A program made the position numbers and the translations under genes. DNA of 64,000 nt from Microcoleus sp. (GTDB taxonomy: Bacteria; Cyanobacteriota; Cyanobacteriia; Cyanobacteriales; Microcoleaceae). How positions within the stretch are numbered: the stretch's first letter is position 1; every line of letters begins with the position of its first letter. The stretch is from the NCBI GenBank assembly GCA_052279835.1, contig CP181291.1:2304001-2368000 (forward strand), written 5' to 3'. Of the stretch, positions 25,749 to 42,018 are shown one piece after another. The notes under the pieces were generated by a model that was not told the DNA's origin, searched no databases, and worked only from the letters and a program-made list of their open reading frames with translations.

Positions 25749-26612
25749 CTAAACTTTTGAGGGGATTTCAGAGAATTTATTCTTGAGTTTTAGCGCCCTG
25801 ACCAAGAATCCGAAAAACAGTGCCGTACCTAATATTGTACTGGGTTCTGGAACTGCTTCTGCTGGTGCTTCTGCTTGTACTTCTGCAAAATTGTTCTGAA
25901 TTTCTACTAATCTTAAGCTAGTCGCGCTGTCGAAGGTCCGTGAATACCTCCACAAAGAAGTAAACAGGACGCTTTCTATAGTGTTTCCTGGTGCGTAAGG
26001 TGGTCTTAAAGTTAATTTAATTGCACCGAAATCGAAGTTATCGCTGCTGCTGTACAGGTTCCGAGTAAAGCCCTGAGAAGAGTTTAAATCACCAGACATC
26101 TGAAAAGAATCTAATAAAATGTTGGTAACAGTGTCAATCAACCCTAAAAATATACTTCCCCTGGCAATAGCGCGTTCAGATTGGCGGTTGTCAACTGATG
26201 CAAAAAGATTTAAATCTGTCCTAGCACCGAAGGAAAAAGTTTCTTTGGCATCAATGTAGAAGTCGCCGATAACTGTTGCTTGACTTTGGGCTGAACCTGT
26301 ATAGTTGCTGCCGGTGCCTGTGACTTCACTGTTGGAGAGGTTTGTAGCCAGCAATTGCTGACAGTTAGATATAAAAGCTGGATCGGCGCTGGCTTGGTTA
26401 ATCACAACACCGTTGTTAGCTATCCTCGAAGTGTTAGTGTCAGTAGATGTATCTGTCTCTGTCGGTCTGTGACTGAAGTTCTTAATGCTTATTTGTGCGG
26501 TAGAACCTGCTCTTGTAGCAGCACTGCTGGGCGCGATACCTACAGTCAAGCTGCTGACTAAAGGGGTTGCTAATAAAAATGCGATCGCTCCAACCCTGTG
26601 ATTTAATTTCAT
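25749..26612 (-). CDS. PEP-CTERM sorting domain exoprotein
   Basis: Signal peptide; Ser/Thr/Asn-rich body; C-terminal VPEPSTILG + TM + basic tail. Confidence 0.9.
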   Translation of the reverse strand: MKLNHRVGAIAFLLATPLVSSLTVGIAPSSAATRAGSTAQISIKNFSHRPTETDTSTDTNTSRIANNGVVINQASADPAFISNCQQLLATNLSNSEVTGTGSNYTGSAQSQATVIGDFYIDAKETFSFGARTDLNLFASVDNRQSERAIARGSIFLGLIDTVTNILLDSFQMSGDLNSSQGFTRNLYSSSDNFDFGAIKLTLRPPYAPGNTIESVLFTSLWRYSRTFDSATSLRLVEIQNNFAEVQAEAPAEAVPEPSTILGTALFFGFLVRALKLKNKFSEIPSKV

Positions 26613-26925
26613 GGCGGCTATCCTAAAATTTGTACTTTTTTTAGTGCTGTGATTCTTTTGTTTTGTACTGGTTGGTTGTACTTACGTATTAATATTATCT
26701 CTTGAATGAGAGATTTTTGTAAAGCTACCGTCAAGAAATCATTTGTTTTATTAAAAGTTCTGTAAAGCAGGTGGCACTAACTTATCAAAATACCTGGAGT
26801 CAAAGCTATTGCTGGGTGTTGATTTAAGTTAAAATACTGTTTACTATAAAAAAGGTTAATTGTAAATTAATGCAATAAAAATTTATAATTAGTCTGGATA
26901 ATATAACAAAGCAGAAAGAGTAATT

Positions 26926-27633
26926 ATGTTGGAAATCAAAGACATTCACACCTACTACGGAAATATTCACGCCCTCAAAGGAGTATCGCTAACAGTCTCT
27001 CAGGGAGAAGTTGTGACATTAATCGGTAGCAATGGGGCTGGGAAAACTACAACTCTCCGCACGATTCAAGGGCTGCTGCGCCCACGCCAAGGTACTGTGT
27101 TATTTGAAGGGAAGCCTTTGGAATCGCTGTCTACAGAGGCAATTGTCCGTTTGGGTATTTCTCAAAGTCCCGAAGGGCGGCTAATTTTCCCGCGCATGAC
27201 AGTACAAGAAAACCTAGAAATGGGTGCTTATCTCCGTAATGATACTCTCGGTATTAAATCAGACATGGAAAAAGCATTAAATTTATTTCCCCGTTTGCGA
27301 GAAAGAATTAGTCAAAAAGGCGGTACTCTTAGCGGTGGTGAACAGCAAATGTTGGCGATCGGTCGCGCTTTGATGTCCCGCCCCCGTCTGTTATTATTGG
27401 ATGAGCCGAGTATGGGACTCGCACCGATGTTAGTGAGTCAAATTTTTGCGATCGTCCGCGATATTAATGCTCAAGGTACAACTATTTTACTCGTAGAACA
27501 AAACGCCCGCATGGCTTTAAGTGTAGCTCATCGCGGTTATGTCATCCAAACTGGTCAAGTTGTAGTCGCCGGTAGTGCTAGTGATTTGCAGTCAAATGAA
27601 ACTGTTCGCAAAGCATATTTAGGTGAAAGTTAA
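26926..27633 (+). CDS. livF: Branched-chain amino acid ABC transporter ATP-binding protein
   Basis: Motifs GSNGAGKTT, PEGR.IF, LSGGEQQMLAIGRALM, DEPSMGLAP, VEQNA. Confidence 0.96.
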   Translation: MLEIKDIHTYYGNIHALKGVSLTVSQGEVVTLIGSNGAGKTTTLRTIQGLLRPRQGTVLFEGKPLESLSTEAIVRLGISQSPEGRLIFPRMTVQENLEMGAYLRNDTLGIKSDMEKALNLFPRLRERISQKGGTLSGGEQQMLAIGRALMSRPRLLLLDEPSMGLAPMLVSQIFAIVRDINAQGTTILLVEQNARMALSVAHRGYVIQTGQVVVAGSASDLQSNETVRKAYLGES

Positions 27634-27639
27634 ATAGTT

Positions 27640-27885
27640 ATATTGGTTATTTGTTATTGGTTATTTGTTATTTGTTGTTTGTTATTTGTGATTGGTTATT
27701 TGTTGGTAAAAACAACACTAATAATCAACAAATAATAGGACTTACGGATCAGCTCTATATGTAGTGTAAAAAATGTGGATTTTAGAGCAACTCATAGTCT
27801 TACAGAATATTTTTGGTGTAAGTCCTGAATAACCCACAACAAATAACAAATAACAAATAACCAATAACCAATAATAAATAACCAA
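27640..27885. repeat. Inverted 7-mer STRR arrays around a TAGGACTTACG element
   Basis: (TTATTGG/TTATTTG)n at 27640-27706, taggacttacg...tgtaagtcctg at 27736-27827, and (AACAAAT/AACCAAT)n at 27829-27885. Confidence 0.8.
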
Positions 27886-33369
<5,484 letters not shown>

Positions 33370-34105
33370 CAGGGGGCATAGGAGTGATATTGGTTAGAAA
33401 ACCGCGACATCGTAAAGGTTCAGATATTTGGCTGCCGCCAATAGATGCTGACGGCTCTGGTAGTCGGGGTAATTGTCAGGATTTTGGCATCATAAACTTA
33501 TGCGGTAACACTAGACCCAAAATCTCCGATTTTTTTGATTATAAGCCACACTACCAATTGTCTTAACTTTAATCTTCCTTTTGACTCTATCAAAGATTAT
33601 ACTAGAGGACTGTACTTGACTGGTTAACTCTCTCACCTTTTTCTGGACGATACCGTAATTGCTCTCACCTAGGGAAGGGAACTGCCTGGAGTTCTGTGGG
33701 AGGTCTGACACCTCAACACCAGGTATTCACCAGGCATGGTCTGGCGATCGCCACCGGACGGATTTAAGTATTTGTACCGTAAAATAAGCATCACTAAGTA
33801 ACCTGGAGCAAAGCAATAACAGAAGTAATATCACTATTTTAAATTTTTCAATAAATCGCCTCAATTTTCATCATTTTTTTGATAAAAAATGGCATCAAAA
33901 TTGATAGCCAAGTCTAACTTAGGGGTGTAGTTATTAAGTTTACAGAAGTTGTATTTCTTCAAGTTAAACAAGCTTGAGGAAAGGTTATTTACGAAATTTA
34001 CACTAAAATTTATCACCAAATCCCCATCACTATACAGCCGAGCGCGATCGCAGCAAAATTCAGGTACGCTATCCTGTAATTATACCTATCTACACCATTG
34101 ATACC

Positions 34106-34600
34106 ATGTCTGTCGATCGCCTGCAAAAGATTGTTGATAGCTTGAGAGTTCGTCTCAAGCGCGATGTATTAGTTGAAAAATCCCTATACGAAATTCGGGA
34201 AGTCTTACAAAGCGATCGCGCCGTACTCTACTATTTTTACAGACAGTGGCATGGTCAAGTTACCTGCGAGATGTTAAGTGCGATCGAACTGTCAATTTTA
34301 GGTTCCACCGGGCCTGATGAGTGTTTTAACGGCGAATATGCTGCTTTGTATCAAGGGGGTAGAGTCAGAGCAATTACAGATATTGAACTAGAACCAATTC
34401 ACGAATGTCACCGAGATTTTCTGCGTAGCCTGAAGGTGCGCGCTAATTTAGCAGTGCCAATTTTAACGGCGAAGGGGCTTTGGGGACTGTTAATTGCTCA
34501 TCAGTGCAGCGGGCCACGCACTTGGTCCCGATCGGATATTGAATTCATGCAGACACAAGCACAAAATATAGCCATGTCTCCCACAATTCAAAATAGCTAA
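34106..34600 (+). CDS. Single-domain cyanobacteriochrome-type GAF protein (DXCF class)
   Basis: Motifs DRAVLYYF, PDECF (DXCF), ECHRDFL (bilin-binding CH), ANLAVPI, LWGLLIAHQCSGPR.W. Confidence 0.8.
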   Translation: MSVDRLQKIVDSLRVRLKRDVLVEKSLYEIREVLQSDRAVLYYFYRQWHGQVTCEMLSAIELSILGSTGPDECFNGEYAALYQGGRVRAITDIELEPIHECHRDFLRSLKVRANLAVPILTAKGLWGLLIAHQCSGPRTWSRSDIEFMQTQAQNIAMSPTIQNS

Positions 34601-34767
34601 ACATCACATCCATCACCCCCTAATTCTTCAATCTGCATGGGTTGCTGAATCGTGATGCGCTGTTTGATAGCGAGCACAAGTTTAGATTATGTTTGGGTAA
34701 TGATAGTTGAGCGATCGCCCCTACACCAAAAATGAGCGCTCGCCTCCGCAGTCACCATTACCAAATC

Positions 34768-36219
34768 TCAACTAGACTGCGAAATCAAATCCGAATCCTT
34801 TTTTTCCTTCGAGCGATCGACTGAAAAATCTTCATAGTACGAGCGTTCAGTATTCACATCCCACAAATCGTGCTTTTCCCCCAGAATATTTCTCACCGCC
34901 AATATCCCCGTTAGCATAGAATGGTCTTGATTGTTGTATCGGTGCATACCATTGCGCCCGATCGTCTGCAAATTCTCAATTCCCTTCAAAAAACCTTCCA
35001 GAACCTGCAAGTGTCCCCGATATTCGCCATCATAAACTGGATAAGCTTTGAGTTGCCTGATCACAACTCCATCCTCAACATCCGCAGATTTTGCTAAACC
35101 CAAACCAACCAACTCGCGACTTGCTAATTCCACAAGTTCCGCGTCCGACATTTCCCAAATCTCGTCACCTACGCTACAGAAATATTCCATTCCCAAACAA
35201 CTTTTGTTAGCGTCTGGAACTAAAGCAGCACTCCAATTCTTGAAATTTTGAATTCGTCCAACTTTGACTTCGGGAGAGTGAATATAAATCCAGTTGTCTG
35301 GAAACAAATCCTGGCGATCGACAATCAGCGATACAATCAAAAAATCTCGATATTTGAGCGATCGAGCCGCGTGCAAAACCTCCGGTGGCGGCGGCGGCTC
35401 CATTCTTGCTACCAGCGCCGATATCGGCATACTCGTCACAAAATTATCCGCAGAAAATTGCACTAATTCGCCATTATGTTCAGCAGTAATACTTTTAATT
35501 TTATTTCCTTCACGCTGCCAGCTAATGACTTTAGTATCCAGGTAAACTTTGCCCTTTTTACTTTCCACAGCTTCCGCGAACTTTTCCCACATCATCCCCG
35601 GCCCCAAAGCCGGATAATCAAACTCTTTAATTAATGTTTTAGTATCATTGCTACCAAACAAAGCATTAATAATTGCTGTCTTCAATGACAATCCTTTAAT
35701 TCGCTGTGCCGCCCAATCAGCTTGAATTTCCGAACAAGGAATGCCCCAAACTTTTTCAGTGTAAGTTTTGAAGAATGTTTTGTATAGTCGTTCTCCAAAA
35801 CGATTGATCACCCACTGTTCAAAAGTTTTTTCTTCAGGAAGTGGCTGAATTCTCACTTTCAGATAGCTCAACAAAATTAGCATACTTTCAAATATGCCCA
35901 AATTAAATAGAGTATTGAAGGCACTTATCGGATAATCAAAAAAGCGACCTCTATAATAAATTCTGGACAATCGAGGCACTTTAATAAAATCATTTCCCAG
36001 TACCTCTTGCCACAACTGCTGCACGGCAGCAACTTTAGTATAAAAGCGGTGGCCACCAATGTCGAAACGATAGCCTTTGTAGGTTTCGGTGCGAGCTATT
36101 CCCCCTACTTTATCATCTTTCTCTAATACCACAGGGATGATACCTTGCTTGACTAGCTCGTAGGCTGTAGTCAAACCGGCCGGTCCAGCACCGACGATCG
36201 CAACAGGATAATGTTTCAC
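34768..36219 (-). CDS. FAD-dependent oxidoreductase (HemY/UDP-galactopyranose mutase-like)
   Basis: Motifs GAGPAG, DIGGHRF, YTEKVWG, GRNGMHRYNNQDHSM; adjacent to GT2 genes. Confidence 0.85.
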   Translation of the reverse strand: MKHYPVAIVGAGPAGLTTAYELVKQGIIPVVLEKDDKVGGIARTETYKGYRFDIGGHRFYTKVAAVQQLWQEVLGNDFIKVPRLSRIYYRGRFFDYPISAFNTLFNLGIFESMLILLSYLKVRIQPLPEEKTFEQWVINRFGERLYKTFFKTYTEKVWGIPCSEIQADWAAQRIKGLSLKTAIINALFGSNDTKTLIKEFDYPALGPGMMWEKFAEAVESKKGKVYLDTKVISWQREGNKIKSITAEHNGELVQFSADNFVTSMPISALVARMEPPPPPEVLHAARSLKYRDFLIVSLIVDRQDLFPDNWIYIHSPEVKVGRIQNFKNWSAALVPDANKSCLGMEYFCSVGDEIWEMSDAELVELASRELVGLGLAKSADVEDGVVIRQLKAYPVYDGEYRGHLQVLEGFLKGIENLQTIGRNGMHRYNNQDHSMLTGILAVRNILGEKHDLWDVNTERSYYEDFSVDRSKEKKDSDLISQSS

Positions 36220-36336
36220 ACTTGCCTACCTCTAGTTTTTTATATGACTATCTAATGCTGTTATAACTTGTGAACTTAGTAGATGCACCCGTAAATACCC
36301 TGAGACAGTCTCGATCGATTGAAACATTTACCTTCT

Positions 36337-37389
36337 TCAGTTGGTCTTGAGCGGTTCAGCAGATACTGACAAGCTAAGCTTGACAGTCAAGGGCTTTTTT
36401 TGGGACAACACATAGCGAGCAGTGCCGATCGCAAAGCCTAGTCCGCTGTAAAAGTAGTAAAGCCAGTGCCAAGGAATTGTTTTGATCGCGAATATCATAC
36501 CATGTTTCCGCCAAAAGAAGGCGTAAAGCGGAGCATTAATTACTACCAGCGGTACAGCCAGCAAGCTAGCCAATATCAGAGCACCCAGAGACCACCAAGT
36601 ACCCAAAAATGACAGTAGCATTGCATAAGTTAAAACTATGCTGACGCGGCTGGAAACTTGCAAGTTGAGGTCATTGTTCAATTTGCGATCGCGCCAAATC
36701 AACTCTGTCCAAGGCAATGCTCGGTAGAAAAAATCTGCTCTGAGTAACGAAATAGGTTCCCACCGTTTTAAGTGTTTCACCTGTAATGTTTTACATAACC
36801 TAATTTTGTAACCTGCTTGTTTCAAACGGTAGCCTAGTTCAATATCTTCGATCGAAGGTCGGCGATAACTTTCATTAAAGCCACCCATCTGCAAGAAAAT
36901 TTCTCGGCGGATCAATCCACAAGCACCCCAAAAAGTTGAAGCTTCTTCATTACCTGTTTGGTGGACGTAGTGGTGCATCAGATTTCTATATTGCGACAAA
37001 AAACCTGGATCTCCAGGAGCATCGTCGTAAGAACCAATTGCCGCAGCTAAATAAGGGTTATTTTTGAACACCGAAATCGCGTAGCCTATAGCTTCGGGAC
37101 AAACAGCCACATCAGCATCCACGAAAAACAGAATATCTCCCTTCGCAGCCTGAGCTCCCAAATTCCTTGCCCGCGCAGGACCCCCAGATTCTGGAATTCT
37201 GATTAATTTAGCACCAAATTCCTTTGCCAAACGCCAGGAACCATCGCTGTCCCCATCTGCTACTACAATAATCTCCATCGGTCTCGGTACAGCTCGATCC
37301 AGTTTTGACAAACAGGTGCGGAAGTAAGCACCCCCGTTGTGGACTGGGATAATCACGGATACAGTTGGTTCAGCAGTATAAATCATCAC
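36337..37389 (-). CDS. Glycosyltransferase family 2 with C-terminal TM helices
   Basis: Motifs SVIIPVHN, GPARARNLG, FFVDAD, GGF.E, IEDIELG.RL. Confidence 0.9.
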   Translation of the reverse strand: MMIYTAEPTVSVIIPVHNGGAYFRTCLSKLDRAVPRPMEIIVVADGDSDGSWRLAKEFGAKLIRIPESGGPARARNLGAQAAKGDILFFVDADVAVCPEAIGYAISVFKNNPYLAAAIGSYDDAPGDPGFLSQYRNLMHHYVHQTGNEEASTFWGACGLIRREIFLQMGGFNESYRRPSIEDIELGYRLKQAGYKIRLCKTLQVKHLKRWEPISLLRADFFYRALPWTELIWRDRKLNNDLNLQVSSRVSIVLTYAMLLSFLGTWWSLGALILASLLAVPLVVINAPLYAFFWRKHGMIFAIKTIPWHWLYYFYSGLGFAIGTARYVLSQKKPLTVKLSLSVSAEPLKTN

Positions 37390-37843
37390 CTAATTTCTTT
37401 AATTTTCCTAGCAAAAACTTCGGTTAATTTTACAGATGCTACTTTACAAAGGATAAAGGCAGCTCTACTTTTTACTCAACAACCCGAGCTTTGTTTCTAT
37501 TCAACAGCATTTTTTTCTGGGGTCTGTCGCTGCTTTTTCCCCAATTTCTACCCGTATTTTACGCCGGATTTGGCGCACACTGGTAGTATAAAAGCAACAG
37601 CTTTACAAGATCTTTAAAAATACCATGATTTGTGTAAACCTGATAACAAGCACGCTCCACTCTCTTCTGTGACTGTGTTGCCAGACACCAAATTGCGAGG
37701 GCGAACTCCATGAAACGTATAAAAAAGCACATATACCTGAAATGCTTTTTGACAGTGTACGATCGACCTGTAGTCGTTTCTTAACATAGCATTAGCTCAG
37801 CCTTTTTGATTCACAATTTTACCAAAGCCAGTTTAGACGATAT

Positions 37844-38947
37844 ATGAACATTTCCCACAACGACTTAGATTTGCCTTTAATTTCAGTCATCATACCTGCT
37901 TACAACGCTGAAAATTTTATTGCCAAAACACTCTTATCTGTATCATCTCAAACTTATCAAAACCTAGAAATATTAGTTGTTAACGATGGTTCTACAGACA
38001 CCACCGCAGACATAATCAAATCTTTCGCTCAAAAAGATAAGCGAGTTATCTTATTGGAACAATCAAATGCAGGCGTAGCCGCCGCGCGCAACCTCGCCAT
38101 CGCAAAATCGAGAGGCGAATATATTGCTCCCATCGATGCAGACGATATTTGGTATCCTCAAAACCTAGAAAAACAATTAGACTGCTTAAGGAAATCAGAG
38201 CCATCCGTAGGAGTGGTCTATTCGTGGTCCCTTGATATCAACGAAAAAGACTTACTTACAGGTGGATTTTACAACTCTATGGTAGAAGGAGAAGTTTACA
38301 CAGCTTTAGTTTATAAATATTTTATGGGTAATGCGAGTTCATGTCTGATTCGCCGGATTTGTTTCGAGAGAGTCGGCGGTTACAATAGCCAATTGAAAGC
38401 CGAAAACGCCCAAGGCTGCGAAGACTTGGAACTTTTCCTCCGCATCGCTGAACATTATCAATTTAAAGTAGTACCAGAATTTTTAGTTGGCTATCGACAG
38501 ATTCCCAGCAGTATGTCTTGTAACTATGCAGCAATGGCAAAATCTCACTCTCTAATTATGGCAGATGTGCGGGAGCAGCATCCAGAAATCCCTGCCAAAA
38601 TTTATCGCTGGTCAAGCAGCAGTTTTTATATGTACAATTTAGCAATAAAAAGCAACCGTAACGGCAACCATTTGAGTACATTATTTTGGCTATATCGAGC
38701 TTTTAAAGAAGATTTATCCATGACTCTTTTGCGTCACAACTTCTATATTTTGTGTATGGAAAGTATCTTAAGAATTCTAGTTAAACCATTTACTCAATCT
38801 GGGTTAGAGTTGAAACAACAATTGCCATCAAGTGAAGGAACAACAATGACCACCGTCAACCGCCGAACCATGATTCATAAAATGCTCCCATCTCAGGTAT
38901 ACGAACGACTCCGACTCAATATTTTAGTAAATCAAGGAGGCAAATAA
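37844..38947 (+). CDS. Glycosyltransferase family 2
   Basis: Motifs SVIIPAYNAE, VVNDGSTD, GVAAARN, IDADD, CEDLE. Confidence 0.92.
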   Translation: MNISHNDLDLPLISVIIPAYNAENFIAKTLLSVSSQTYQNLEILVVNDGSTDTTADIIKSFAQKDKRVILLEQSNAGVAAARNLAIAKSRGEYIAPIDADDIWYPQNLEKQLDCLRKSEPSVGVVYSWSLDINEKDLLTGGFYNSMVEGEVYTALVYKYFMGNASSCLIRRICFERVGGYNSQLKAENAQGCEDLELFLRIAEHYQFKVVPEFLVGYRQIPSSMSCNYAAMAKSHSLIMADVREQHPEIPAKIYRWSSSSFYMYNLAIKSNRNGNHLSTLFWLYRAFKEDLSMTLLRHNFYILCMESILRILVKPFTQSGLELKQQLPSSEGTTMTTVNRRTMIHKMLPSQVYERLRLNILVNQGGK

Positions 38948-39073
38948 ACCAACATAAAAAAACCAGATTTTAGCAATAAACCTGGTTTTTGATGTCATCT
39001 ATAGAATCAGGTTAAACAAAGGAACATATATTTTTCTGATTCCTGATTTCTGCTTGCTTCTACTTGTAAATTA

Positions 39074-39613
39074 TTAAGCGTGAGAAGCTGTAGGAGTTTG
39101 AGCTTTTGGCTGCTTACCATCGGGCGAAATAGATTCCCCTTCAATAAAAGACCGCAGCATCCAAGCCATTTGTTCGTGCTGTTCCATCAAACCAGTCAAA
39201 AAGTCTGCCGTTCCATCATCCTTAAACTCTTCACTGCACTGTTCGACGTGTTCACGGAGATTGCGAATAACCAACTCGTGGTCATCAACTAAACGCGATA
39301 CCATTTCCGTAGCTAAAGGCAAATCGCCGATATGTTCTTTAATAGAACCATACTTCAGAAAACCCTCAGCAGTACCAATTGGATAGCCACCTAAAGTTCT
39401 CACCCGTTCCGCCATAGCATCGATATTTAGTGTTAACGCCTGATAGTGTTCTTCCCACAACTGATGGAGCGATCTAAACTGCGGGCCAACTACATCCCAG
39501 TGGTACTTCTTAGTTTTGATTAACAGCAGGTAAGCATCGGACAGGTCGTGATTCAACAGTTCGATGACGCCTGCACGTTGCTCTTCGGATAGACCTATGT
39601 TTAACTTGCGCAT
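39074..39613 (-). CDS. dps: Dps family DNA-protection protein (ferritin-like)
   Basis: Motifs KTKKYHWDVVGPQF..LH, D..AER, D.GTAD, HEQMAWMLRS. Confidence 0.93.
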   Translation of the reverse strand: MRKLNIGLSEEQRAGVIELLNHDLSDAYLLLIKTKKYHWDVVGPQFRSLHQLWEEHYQALTLNIDAMAERVRTLGGYPIGTAEGFLKYGSIKEHIGDLPLATEMVSRLVDDHELVIRNLREHVEQCSEEFKDDGTADFLTGLMEQHEQMAWMLRSFIEGESISPDGKQPKAQTPTASHA

Positions 39614-39934
39614 TGCAACTGTTTCCTACAATCTAAGTTTCCATTCATTAAAACCGATTTACTGTGTCAATTACATCAACCCAAAGGACGATTGAAGTTT
39701 AGTAAAATAGCCTAGTTTTCTGTTACAATAATCGCCATATAGATACCTTTAGATAGATGCAATGAAACTTTTGGTTCCGAGCCGTTAGTGCCACTGTGGC
39801 GATCGCACCGATTGACAAGCCGGCGATCGCCCACTCAATATATATATGTGATGCTCTCATATCTGCCACTGTCTCCCAGCGCCCCAGACTCATCAGCTAC
39901 ATACCCTAGTTTGTCGTTTGAGAAACGAAAAAGT

Positions 39935-39952
39935 GTAACGAAATATTACAAA
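39935..39952 (+). promoter_or_regulatory. HLR1-like (RpaB) direct repeat upstream of the ycf46 operon
   Basis: GTAACGAA-AT-ATTACAAA compared with (G/T)TTACA(T/A)(T/A)-N2 repeats. Confidence 0.4.
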
Positions 39953-40040
39953 ATGACGTTAAAACTGTATAGAGTCTTGACAGCCAAGAAAGGAGCCGCT
40001 ATTCTGATATACATACCCGGGTAAGTCAATTCACAGTCCT

Positions 40041-40391
40041 ATGCAAGAAAAGCAAAAAGTTACACTGTATCTTCCACCTGAACTGCATCGCCAGCTCAAA
40101 ATCAAAGCCGCAGTAGAATCTGAACCGATGTCATCAATTGCAGAAAGGGCAATTGTCTTTTACCTAGGAAACTCCGAACTGGTTGACGAAGTAGAAGCCT
40201 CCTACGGACAAACCCATCGGGTATACACTTGTCCAGAATGCACGGGTTCAGTAGTAATGCGAGATGGAGAACTGGCATCGTTAACAAGTCAGCCAAGCGT
40301 ATTGGCTGAGCAGGAGCTTCCAGTCAAGCAGGTGTCAGGCGTCAGCGCCAGCACAGCTCTACCGGGAGAGGAAGAATTAGTTCCCTGCTAA
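40041..40391 (+). CDS. Conserved cyanobacterial protein, RHH-like N-terminus plus CPEC motif (slr0373-like)
   Basis: KQKVTLYLPPELHRQLKIKAA, G.THRVY.CPEC; first gene of the ycf46 operon. Confidence 0.75.
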   Translation: MQEKQKVTLYLPPELHRQLKIKAAVESEPMSSIAERAIVFYLGNSELVDEVEASYGQTHRVYTCPECTGSVVMRDGELASLTSQPSVLAEQELPVKQVSGVSASTALPGEEELVPC

Positions 40392-40497
40392 GAATGCCTT
40401 GCTTCCGCAAGCGGCTAGAACTGAAATAGTCAGTTTTCAGCTAATGGCAGCATTGAGATTTAGCCAAGATAGCACCGTCTCTAGTGGGTCGAGGAAT

Positions 40498-42018
40498 ATG
40501 CAAGAAGAGATCAGTATTCTAATCCAAGCTCAATATCCTCTGATCTACCTCGTGACATCCGAGGAAGAGCGGTGTGAGCAAGCAATTTGGACAATAGCTC
40601 AAGGCAAACCACAACGGCAAGTCTTTGTCTGGACTGTAACCCAGGGTATGCTAAAGTACGGTGAACCTAGGACAAACGCCCAGCAAAACACGCTCTCGCC
40701 ACAGGCAGCCCTGGAATGGGTGATCCGGCAGCGAGAACCCAACAGCAACCCCAGTATCTATATTTTCAAGGATCTTCATCCTTTTAAAGATGATGCGGCT
40801 GTAACTAGGTTGTTGCGTGATGCGATCGCCAACTTCAAAGGAACACAAAAGACAATTATACTGATGTCTCCTTTGCAGCAAATTCCGATCGAGCTAGAAA
40901 AAGAAGTGGTAGTCTTAGACTTCGCCCTGCCAGACATGGCGGAACTAAACCAAGTATTGTCTAGCCAGTTGGAACAAACCAAATCGCGACGCATTACCAC
41001 AGAAGGGCGAGAAAAACTCTTGAAAGCAGCCTTGGGGTTAACCAAGGATGAAGCCGAAAAAGTTTATCGCAAAGCCCAAGTTTGCAAAGGGCGCTTGACA
41101 GAAGAGGAAGTAGACATAGTTCTTTCCGAGAAAAAGCAGCTAATTCGGCGCAACGGTATTCTAGAGTTCATCGAAGAAGACGAAACCCTGGATGCAATCG
41201 GCGGCTTAGAAGAACTCAAACGGTGGCTCAAGCAGCGTTCCAACGCTTTCACAGAGAGAGCGAGAGAATACGGTTTGCCCCAACCCAAAGGAATGCTGAT
41301 TCTTGGTGTACCCGGATGCGGAAAATCGCTGATTGCCAAGACTACATCCCGCCTCTGGGGACTGCCTCTGCTGCGTCTCGATATGGGTAGAGTCTACGAC
41401 GGATCGATGGTAGGTCGATCGGAAGCTAACCTCCGTAACGCCCTAAAAACCGCAGAATCCATCTCTCCAGCCATCCTCTTCATTGACGAACTAGACAAAG
41501 CCTTTGCAGGAGGCACTGGTTCGGCAGACTCAGACGGAGGCACATCCAGCCGAATTTTCGGTTCCTTCCTCACTTGGATGCAAGAAAAAACTTCCCCAGT
41601 TTTCGTCATGGCAACAGCCAACCGCATCGAGCGGTTACCGGGGGAATTCTTGAGGAAAGGGCGATTCGACGAGCTCTTCTTTGTTGACCTGCCAACGAAA
41701 GAAGAACGCCAAGATATATTCAAAATTCACCTGTCAAAGCGGCGCATGGACATCTCTCGCTTCGATTTAGAGCAACTGTCCAACGTTTCCGATGGCTTTT
41801 CAGGCGCCGAGATTGAGCAAGGGCTAGTAGCAGCCATGTACGAAGCCTTCGCTCAAGATAGAGAGTTTACGCAGTTAGATATCATCGCGGCCATTAAATC
41901 CACATTGCCACTGTCTAAAACCATGACCGAACAGGTCAGCGCCCTCCGAGATTGGGCGAGACAGCGCGCACGGCCCGCTGCGTCTTCCGTCGCTGAATAC
42001 CAGCGCATGGAATTCTAA
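40498..42018 (+). CDS. ycf46: Ycf46-family AAA+ ATPase
   Basis: Walker A GVPGCGKS, Walker B LFIDELDK, ATAN, LRKGRFDE; RBS GAGG before ATG 40498. Confidence 0.9.
   Translation: MQEEISILIQAQYPLIYLVTSEEERCEQAIWTIAQGKPQRQVFVWTVTQGMLKYGEPRTNAQQNTLSPQAALEWVIRQREPNSNPSIYIFKDLHPFKDDAAVTRLLRDAIANFKGTQKTIILMSPLQQIPIELEKEVVVLDFALPDMAELNQVLSSQLEQTKSRRITTEGREKLLKAALGLTKDEAEKVYRKAQVCKGRLTEEEVDIVLSEKKQLIRRNGILEFIEEDETLDAIGGLEELKRWLKQRSNAFTERAREYGLPQPKGMLILGVPGCGKSLIAKTTSRLWGLPLLRLDMGRVYDGSMVGRSEANLRNALKTAESISPAILFIDELDKAFAGGTGSADSDGGTSSRIFGSFLTWMQEKTSPVFVMATANRIERLPGEFLRKGRFDELFFVDLPTKEERQDIFKIHLSKRRMDISRFDLEQLSNVSDGFSGAEIEQGLVAAMYEAFAQDREFTQLDIIAAIKSTLPLSKTMTEQVSALRDWARQRARPAASSVAEYQRMEF

Noticed and set aside
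39935..39949. NtcA site (also considered at 49290)
   Set aside because: Spacing is GTA-N9-TAC rather than N8; fits an HLR1 direct repeat better.
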